A DNA stretch of 64,000 nt from Bacillota bacterium (GTDB taxonomy: Bacteria > Bacillota > DTU030 > DUMP01), in the NCBI GenBank assembly GCA_030154105.1, contig JASKKP010000001.1, positions 81,967 to 145,966 of the forward strand. Direction: 5' to 3'. How positions within the stretch are numbered: position 1 is the first letter of the stretch; each line of letters opens with the position of its first letter. The position numbers were made by a program, and so were the translations under genes. Positions 57,807 to 64,000 of this stretch are shown here, piece after piece. The notes beneath the pieces were generated by a model, which saw nothing but the letters and a program-made list of their open reading frames with translations, did no database searches and was not told the origin of the DNA.

Positions 57807-59134
57807 TGGCTTGCCGCCCGGCGCCGGAATGGGAGCTTGCGGCCGCCGCGGCCAAAAACATCCTTCCCCTCACCTCGGCCTGCAACGTGCGCTGCGTTTT
57901 TTGCAGCCACCGCCAAAATCCCCCGGGCCTGGAGGTTTTCTTCCTCCCCCACCAGTCGCTTGTGGCCATCCGGGAGCGGGCGGCCTTTCTCGACCGGGGG
58001 AAAAAGATAGTTATCGGTGAATCGGTAACCCGCATCCTGGAAGGCGAGCCTCTTCTTAACCCCGAACTTCTCCCCATCCTGGCTTGGCTCAGGCGGCGCT
58101 TTCGCCAGACGCCTATCGCTCTCACCACGAACGGCACGCTCCTTACTCCAGAGGTGGTGGCCGAGCTGGCGAAGGTAAAACCCTTGGAGGTTACTTTGTC
58201 CCTAAACAGCGCAAGCGCGGAAGGCCGGCGCCTGCTCATGGGCGACCGGCGCCCGGAGATCGCTTTGGCCGCCCCGCGCCTTTTAGCCCGGGCCGGGATA
58301 CCGTTTTCGGGGAGCATAGTGGCGTTGCCCCAGCTTGTCGGCTGGGAGGACGTGGAGCGGACGGTGCGTTTTCTCGCCAAAGCAGGGGCCGAGACGGTAC
58401 GCATCTTTCTTCCCGGTTACACCCATCTGGCACCGCCGGAGCTGAAATTCCCGGACGATCTGTGGGACGAACTCAGGCGGCGGGTGGCTTCTTGGCAGAA
58501 AGAGGTCTCTACTCCCCTTCTCGTCGAGCCGCCAGGTTTGACGGACCTTAAGGCTGAAATCCGTGGCGTGCTGCCCGGTACGCCGGCGGCCGCCGCCGGG
58601 CTGAGAGCAGGGGAGACCATCGTGCGCATTGCTGGCAAAGCGGTATTTTCCCGCGTTGACGCCTTTTGGCGCCTCCAGGCGGCCGGTACGGTGACGGTGG
58701 AAACGGAAGCCGAGGGAAAGGCCCGCGCCGTGCAGGTGACAAAAATGCCCGGAGCGCGCTCCGGGCTCGTCTTTGATTACGATCTGTCTCCTACGGCTTG
58801 GGAGGAATTCCTCCGCCTCCTCAGCCGCGAGCGACCTAAACAGGTGGTGGTGGCAACTTCTGAGCTGGCGGCGCCCCTTGTAAGGGCGGCAGCTTTCCGG
58901 GAGGACCTGCCATGCTCGCTTACGGTGCTGCCCGTACCCAGCCGCTTTTTCGGCGGCAATATTTGCTGCGCCGGGCTCCTTACCGTGGCCGACTTCCAGG
59001 CAGCCATCGGCGCTACCAAGGCAGACCTTTTTGTGCTGCCGGGTATCGCCTTTGATGCGCAAGGCCGCGACCTGGTCGGCCGGCCTTATGCCGAGGCGGC
59101 TCCGGGGAGAAAGGTAGTGCTGCTGGACGCGTAG
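57803..59134 (+). CDS. Radical SAM / PDZ / DUF512-like Fe-S protein
   Basis: CNVRCVFC, GEP, TNG; PDZ-like GTPAAAAGLRAGE-I; C-terminal FFGGNI--AGLLT--D. Confidence 0.75.
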   Translation: MMACRPAPEWELAAAAAKNILPLTSACNVRCVFCSHRQNPPGLEVFFLPHQSLVAIRERAAFLDRGKKIVIGESVTRILEGEPLLNPELLPILAWLRRRFRQTPIALTTNGTLLTPEVVAELAKVKPLEVTLSLNSASAEGRRLLMGDRRPEIALAAPRLLARAGIPFSGSIVALPQLVGWEDVERTVRFLAKAGAETVRIFLPGYTHLAPPELKFPDDLWDELRRRVASWQKEVSTPLLVEPPGLTDLKAEIRGVLPGTPAAAAGLRAGETIVRIAGKAVFSRVDAFWRLQAAGTVTVETEAEGKARAVQVTKMPGARSGLVFDYDLSPTAWEEFLRLLSRERPKQVVVATSELAAPLVRAAAFREDLPCSLTVLPVPSRFFGGNICCAGLLTVADFQAAIGATKADLFVLPGIAFDAQGRDLVGRPYAEAAPGRKVVLLDA

Positions 59135-59176
59135 GGCGTGCGCCTGATCGGCCTTCGCAGGGGGCTCTTGCCGGGC

Positions 59177-59770
59177 CTAATCGCCGCCGGCAATTTCCGC
59201 GTAGTCATTCACCTCGGCTTTAAATGCTTCAACCTGCGAACGGGGCAGGGCTAAGACGAGATGGGCCGCTTCGGAGTACGACGAGGCGATGACCGTGCCG
59301 CCGAGCCGGTTCAACCAGTACAAGCAGCGGTCCAAGTGCGGGTAGGCAACGGTTACGGTAAGCTGCCGGGTGATTACCTTCTCCACCTGGCCGGCGGCGT
59401 CGAGGGCCGCCCCGGCCGTACCTCCGTAAGCGTCGATGAGCCCGCGCACGCCCAGCTTTTTGCCGCCGAAGTAACGAGTCACCACCACGGCCGTTTGGGT
59501 TAACCCCCGGCTCAAAATGGCGCGCAGGATGGGCTCGCCGGCGGTGCCGCTCGGTTCCCCGGCGTCGCTGGCGAAGCGGATGTCGCGTTCCGGGTCTACG
59601 CGGTAGGCCCAGGCGTTGTGCGTGGCCTGGCGGTGTTTTTGGCTGACCTCAGCAATGAACACTTTGGCCTGTTCTTCACTTTCTACCGGGCGCACCCGGT
59701 CGATAAAGAGGGAGCGCTCTATTTTTATTTCCACTTCGGCCTCGCGGCCTACGGTGCGGTAAGTGTCCAT
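59177..59770 (-). CDS. yigZ: YigZ/IMPACT-family protein
   Basis: ATHNAWAY, DAGEPSGTAG, VVTRYFGG-KLG-RGL--AY; GGAGG RBS. Confidence 0.9.
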   Translation of the reverse strand: MDTYRTVGREAEVEIKIERSLFIDRVRPVESEEQAKVFIAEVSQKHRQATHNAWAYRVDPERDIRFASDAGEPSGTAGEPILRAILSRGLTQTAVVVTRYFGGKKLGVRGLIDAYGGTAGAALDAAGQVEKVITRQLTVTVAYPHLDRCLYWLNRLGGTVIASSYSEAAHLVLALPRSQVEAFKAEVNDYAEIAGGD

Positions 59771-59861
59771 GCTCTGACCTCCGGCTCGAGGGAAATTCGT
59801 TTCTGTTTTCATTTTACAGCCGGAAGCGATCGCACAAAAGCTCTCCTGGACAAGTTTCCTA

Positions 59862-59891
59862 TTGACTTCCAGTAAACTTACGTAGTACAAT
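59862..59891 (+). promoter_or_regulatory. Sigma-A promoter of the opuC-like operon
   Basis: TTGACT-18 nt-TACAAT. Confidence 0.55.
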
Positions 59892-60005
59892 AAAGTTGTC
59901 GGCAACCGCGGGTGAACTGACAAGTTAGAGCAGACCAAAACCCGATTGTTTCTCAGCCCTTCATGGCCGTGCGCAGGCTGAGATAACGGGTGAGGGGGGA
60001 AGCTA

Positions 60006-61169
60006 GTGGTTACCTTTGAACATGTGACAAAGAAGTATAAAGGCGGCACCGAAGCGGTGCGCGATCTAAATCTAACCATTGAAAAAGGTCAGTTTGTCGT
60101 CCTGATTGGCCCCAGCGGGTGCGGCAAAACCACCACCCTGAAGATGGTGAACCGGCTTATCGAACCCACGTCGGGAGAAATTTACTTTCAAGGACAGAAG
60201 ACCAGTGCGCTCAACTTGGTTGAGATGCGGCGTAACATCGGGTATGTTATCCAGAATATCGGCCTTCTGCCGCACCTGACGGTGGCTGCCAATATTGCCC
60301 TGGTGCCGGAACTTAAGGGCTGGCCGCGTAAGAAGCGCGAAGAACGGGTGGATGAACTCCTTTCTATGGTCGGCATGGAGCCGTCTATTTACCGCAACCG
60401 TTATCCGGCCCAGCTATCCGGCGGGCAACAGCAGCGTATCGGGGTGCTCCGGGCGCTCGCGGCCGACCCGGAGCTTATTCTTATGGACGAACCCTTCGGC
60501 GCCCTGGACCCCTTGACGCGCGAGCAATTGCAGCTCGAGTTTAAGCGCCTCAAGGAGAGGCTGAAAAAAACCATCATCTTTGTTACGCACGACATGAATG
60601 AGGCGCTGCTCTTGGGGGATCGCATCATTGTTATGAAAGACGGCGTAGTTGTGCAAGACGATACCCCTGAGGGAATCCTACGCCATCCGGCCAATGAGTT
60701 TGTGGCCAGTTTCGTCGGGCGGGCGGCAAAGCCGCAGGCAGCTTCGGACCTTCTGGTGCGCGACGTCATGAACCCGGCCCCCATAACCATCGAGGCCAAG
60801 CGCGGGCTTGGTGAAGCTCTAAAACGGATGCAAAAGTATAAGGTAGACAGCCTTCTGGTGGTGAGCGACGGGGTACTGCGTGGGCTTGTACAGGCCCGTG
60901 ACCTCTACCCGCACCTTATCCGCGACGAACGGCTGCCGGTGGAAGAGGTGGCCACCCCGCCGCCAGTCACCGTAACGGCGGACATGCCTTTAAGCCAAGC
61001 GGCAGTTCACCTTACGGCGCACGGGCACAACCTGGTGGCGGTAGTAAGTCCGGAGGGACGCCTGGAGGGAGTTGTCACCAGAGCCAGCCTGGTAGGTGTC
61101 CTTGTTGATTCCTTGAACACAAGTGGCGATGGTGGTGCCCAATTGAGTGCGGGAGGTGGTGGGCAATGA
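60006..61169 (+). CDS. opuCA: Osmoprotectant ABC transporter ATPase with CBS pair
   Basis: GPSGCGKTT-LKMVNRLIEP, LSGGQQQR, MDEPFGALDP, C-terminal CBS domains. Confidence 0.88.
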   Translation: MVTFEHVTKKYKGGTEAVRDLNLTIEKGQFVVLIGPSGCGKTTTLKMVNRLIEPTSGEIYFQGQKTSALNLVEMRRNIGYVIQNIGLLPHLTVAANIALVPELKGWPRKKREERVDELLSMVGMEPSIYRNRYPAQLSGGQQQRIGVLRALAADPELILMDEPFGALDPLTREQLQLEFKRLKERLKKTIIFVTHDMNEALLLGDRIIVMKDGVVVQDDTPEGILRHPANEFVASFVGRAAKPQAASDLLVRDVMNPAPITIEAKRGLGEALKRMQKYKVDSLLVVSDGVLRGLVQARDLYPHLIRDERLPVEEVATPPPVTVTADMPLSQAAVHLTAHGHNLVAVVSPEGRLEGVVTRASLVGVLVDSLNTSGDGGAQLSAGGGGQ

Positions 61170-61846
61170 CGGTGTTTGCAACGTGGTTGAAGATGTGGTC
61201 GTACCTTACGACCAACCTCCCGGAGGTAGTGAGGGCGCTGGAGGAACACGTTCTCTTGCTGGTGGTATTTCCGGTGGCCATGGCAGTAGTCGTGGCCGTA
61301 CCCTTGGGTATTGCCGCCACACGCTGGTCTTGGCTCGAAAAGCCGATTATGGCCGTGATCAATATCATCCAGACCATTCCCAGCCTGGCTTTGATGGCTC
61401 TCTTTATCCCGCTCGGGCTGGGTATTGGCAATAAGCCGGCGATTGTGGCCCTCTTCCTGTACTCGCTCCTTCCCATCTTACGAAACACTTACACGGGCAT
61501 CAAAGGGGTAGATGCGGACCTTAAAGAAGCGGCTACCGGCATGGGGATGACGGAGTTTGAGCGGCTCCTCCGGGTTGAGCTGCCGTTGGCGGTACCGGTC
61601 ATCATGGCCGGGGTACGCACGGCCACGGTAATTGCCATCGGTACGGCAACGCTGGCGGCGATGGTCGGGGGAGGTGGATTGGGGCGCTATATCTACCGAG
61701 GACTGCAACTCATGCGCGATTACCTAATCCTAGTAGGGGCGGTACCGGCGGCCGCGCTGGCACTGGTAGCCGACTTTGTGCTCGGCCACGTGGAATATTG
61801 GGTAACGCCGGAGGGCTTGCGCCTCAGCCGAGAAAAGTCCGAGTAG
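61166..61846 (+). CDS. opuCB: Osmoprotectant ABC transporter permease
   Basis: QTIPSLAL, ILRNTYTGI, GGGLG, GAVPAA-LAL. Confidence 0.88.
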   Translation: MTVFATWLKMWSYLTTNLPEVVRALEEHVLLLVVFPVAMAVVVAVPLGIAATRWSWLEKPIMAVINIIQTIPSLALMALFIPLGLGIGNKPAIVALFLYSLLPILRNTYTGIKGVDADLKEAATGMGMTEFERLLRVELPLAVPVIMAGVRTATVIAIGTATLAAMVGGGGLGRYIYRGLQLMRDYLILVGAVPAAALALVADFVLGHVEYWVTPEGLRLSREKSE

Positions 61847-61883
61847 ACGGCCAAATAATAAATTAAGTTAGGGAGGGGATCTC

Positions 61884-62837
61884 TTGAAAAAAAGATTCTT
61901 GGTAGTGCTGGCGTTTATTACCGCCCTCGCTCTGGTGGTAACCGGTTGCACATCCGGCGGGCAGGGGCCGAAAGAGGGGCCCGGCGAACAGGCAGCGGAA
62001 AAACCGGGCGACGGCTCGACGCTGCGCATTGGCTCGCAGGGATACGCCGAAGTGGAAATCCAGGGAGAGATTGCTAAGGCCCTTATCGAGGCCAAAACCA
62101 ACCATAAGGTGGAACACGTCAGAAACCTTGGAAGCGCCATGGCCATCCATGAGGCTTTGGTGAGCGGCGACTTGGACATGGGCATTTCCTTTACCGGTAC
62201 TCTCTTCTTGGGCCTTCTGGAGCAAAAGCTTACACCGGAGTGGCGGGATCCCGAGAAAGTATGGCAGTACGTACACGATGAAATGCTGAAGAGGTATAAC
62301 ATTTATACCTTCCCGGCGTACGGCTATAACAACGTCTACGCAATTGCTGTACCCAGGGCAACGGCCGAGAAGTTGAACCTGAAGAAGGTGAGCGACCTTA
62401 AGCCCTACGCTAAGGACATGGTGCTGGCGACCGACACCACCTGGCAGGACTACCCCGGACAGGGCTACAAAGAATTTCAGCAGGTGTATGGTTTTAAGTT
62501 TAAAAAGGCCATCCCCATGGACTTCGGCTTAATGTACCGGGCGATCAAGAGCGGAGAGGTGGATGTCATTTGCACCTATTCCACCGACGGGCGGAACATC
62601 TCGCATGACCTGGTCATCCTGGAGGACGACAAGGGGTTCAACCCGCCGTACTATGGCATACTTGTGGCGCGGAACGACATGTTGGAGAAATACCCGGAGG
62701 TGAAAGAGGCGCTTAAGCCGCTCGGCGGGTTAATGGATACCGAGACGATGACCAAGCTCAACGCGAGGGTAGATGTGGACGAAGAAGAGCCGGCCAAGGT
62801 CGCACGCGACTTCCTGAAGGAGAAAGGGTTACTCTGA
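61884..62837 (+). CDS. opuCC: Osmoprotectant (betaine/choline/carnitine) binding lipoprotein
   Basis: Lipobox VVTGC; YGYNN-YA, Y-AI--GEVD, YSTDG, LEDDK-F-PPY. Confidence 0.85.
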   Translation: MKKRFLVVLAFITALALVVTGCTSGGQGPKEGPGEQAAEKPGDGSTLRIGSQGYAEVEIQGEIAKALIEAKTNHKVEHVRNLGSAMAIHEALVSGDLDMGISFTGTLFLGLLEQKLTPEWRDPEKVWQYVHDEMLKRYNIYTFPAYGYNNVYAIAVPRATAEKLNLKKVSDLKPYAKDMVLATDTTWQDYPGQGYKEFQQVYGFKFKKAIPMDFGLMYRAIKSGEVDVICTYSTDGRNISHDLVILEDDKGFNPPYYGILVARNDMLEKYPEVKEALKPLGGLMDTETMTKLNARVDVDEEEPAKVARDFLKEKGLL

Positions 62838-62867
62838 CCGAGATAGAGGGCGGAGAGCGGTTACGGG

Positions 62868-62899
62868 GGACCGGTGCGCGGGCACCGGTCCTTGCTTCT
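62868..62899 (+). terminator. Terminator-like hairpin after the opuC operon
   Basis: GGACCGGTGC/GCACCGGTCC 10-bp stem followed by TTGCTTCT. Confidence 0.55.
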
Positions 62900-62982
62900 C
62901 TCCGGAAGGTCGAAGCCTACTCATTGACGCCACCGGGACAATGTGTTAGCATGAGGGCAGGTAGAGAGAGGAGAAGGCTCTA

Positions 62983-64000
62983 GTGTACCGTAGGAAAGTA
63001 GAGCTTAGAGGACACATTCTCGATTCCCATATCCTGCCGCGGGTGCTCGACGCCGTCATCGAACAGGGCGGCGACTTCGCTATTGAGGAAATTTCCATCG
63101 GCAAGACCAACGAAGATCCGAGCTATGCGCGCCTTATGATCACGGCCCCGAGCGAGGAAGTTCTCGAAAAGGTGTGGGAGGCGATCCAGCCGCTGGGAGC
63201 GGTGCTGGTCACCGAGCAGGAAGCCGCCCTCAGGCCGGCTCCTCAGGACGGCGTCTTTCCGGAGGATTTCTACGTTACTACCAATCTCGAGACGCGCGTA
63301 AGGCTGCCCGGCGGATGGGTTCAAGTTGAAGGAATAGAGATGGACTGCGGCATCCGCGTCGACCCGGTGGCCCGGCGCGCGGTGTGTGTACCCATTCACC
63401 GCGTGAAGCGAGGAGACCTTATCGTTGTGGGGACCCAGGGGGTGCAGGTGACGCCTCTCGAGCGTCCCCGTGAGCGGGAGGTCTTTAGCTTTATGGGAAG
63501 CGCCGTGTCCAGCGAACGGCCCAAGGGGCTGGTTATCAAGGGTATTGCCCGGGAAATGCGGGCCGTGCGCCGGCGGGGCGGAAAGATTCTCGTGGTGCTG
63601 GGGCCGGCCGTAATTCACACGGGTGCCGGCAAATACTTAGAGCGGCTCATCCGCGCCGGATACGTCCAGACGCTGTTCGCTGGAAACGCGGTGGCCACCC
63701 ACGACATCGAAAACGCCCTGTTTGGGACTTCGCTGGGAGTTTCGCTCGCGAGCGGGGAGCAGGTGCCGGAAGGTCACTCCCATCACCTTAGGGCCATCAA
63801 CGCGGTCCGGGCAGCGGGGGGCATTCGCCAGGCGGTGGAAAAAGGCCTAATTACCAAGGGCGTGATGTATACCGCCGTGCAGGCAGGAGTAGATTATGTG
63901 CTGGCGGGCTCGATTCGCGACGACGGGCCGCTTCCGGACGTGATTACCGATACGATTGCCGCCCAAGAGGCCATGCGCGCTTTGCTGCCGGGCACGGAAC
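62983..64000 (+). CDS. TIGR00300-family (LOR/SDH, ornithine-cyclodeaminase-like) protein, 3' end beyond window
   Basis: GTG 62983 reads VEL-GHILDS-IL--VLD...DGVFPEDFY-TTN...EMDC...FSFMGS-VSSE-PK...GPAVIHTG...GNAVATHDIE..LAGSIRDDGPLPDV; TTGACG-17-TAGCAT promoter upstream; absent from the ORF track because there is no stop in the window. Confidence 0.88.
   Translation, partial: MYRRKVELRGHILDSHILPRVLDAVIEQGGDFAIEEISIGKTNEDPSYARLMITAPSEEVLEKVWEAIQPLGAVLVTEQEAALRPAPQDGVFPEDFYVTTNLETRVRLPGGWVQVEGIEMDCGIRVDPVARRAVCVPIHRVKRGDLIVVGTQGVQVTPLERPREREVFSFMGSAVSSERPKGLVIKGIAREMRAVRRRGGKILVVLGPAVIHTGAGKYLERLIRAGYVQTLFAGNAVATHDIENALFGTSLGVSLASGEQVPEGHSHHLRAINAVRAAGGIRQAVEKGLITKGVMYTAVQAGVDYVLAGSIRDDGPLPDVITDTIAAQEAMRALLPGTE

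Noticed and set aside
122-63618. Numerous antisense and alternate-frame ORFs in the track (for example 2623-3408, 5130-5963, 14229-15077, 36453-37343, 62980-63618)
   Set aside because: Shadow ORFs of well-supported genes in high-GC DNA, with no motifs of their own
1-64000. CRISPR array, tRNA or rRNA genes
   Set aside because: No regularly spaced 25-40-bp repeats, cloverleaf/T-arm motifs or rRNA-like sequence seen

Overview
High-GC Bacillota (Firmicutes) chromosomal DNA, with gene order and promoters resembling thermophilic Clostridia-like lineages. The backbone is housekeeping: carB-argF-argG-argH, cdaA-cdaR-glmM-[glmS ribozyme]-glmS, acpS-nnr-ndoAI-ndoA, hisC, THF riboswitch-folT, luxS, tsaE-tsaB-rimI...tsaD, lgt, yigZ, opuC-like ABC, and a TIGR00300-family gene running off the right edge. 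Three accessory blocks interrupt it. (1) Directly after the glmS stop is an AT-richer island with a complete type I Zorya antiphage operon (zorABCD). It is bracketed by an intact and a decayed copy of the same uncharacterised gene and carries an IS21 istB relic. (2) A mixed block at about 29.3-33.1 kb holds a stand-alone BTAD regulator, an ADP-ribosylglycohydrolase and a HEPN/MNT pair. (3) A cassette splitting the tsa operon encodes an AprB-like ferredoxin, an AprA/SdhA-family flavoprotein, a PhlG/phloretin-hydrolase-like protein and a LysR regulator, followed by an orphan CitAB-type two-component system. This cassette is my best candidate for an undescribed catabolic module. Non-coding signals include a group IIC intron 5'-end scar after a terminator, a non-oriC DnaA-box cluster, a ~180-bp structured palindromic element, and structured leaders before opuCA and the BTAD gene. 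No tRNA, rRNA or CRISPR array was seen. All family assignments come from motif recognition by eye; no database search was run.
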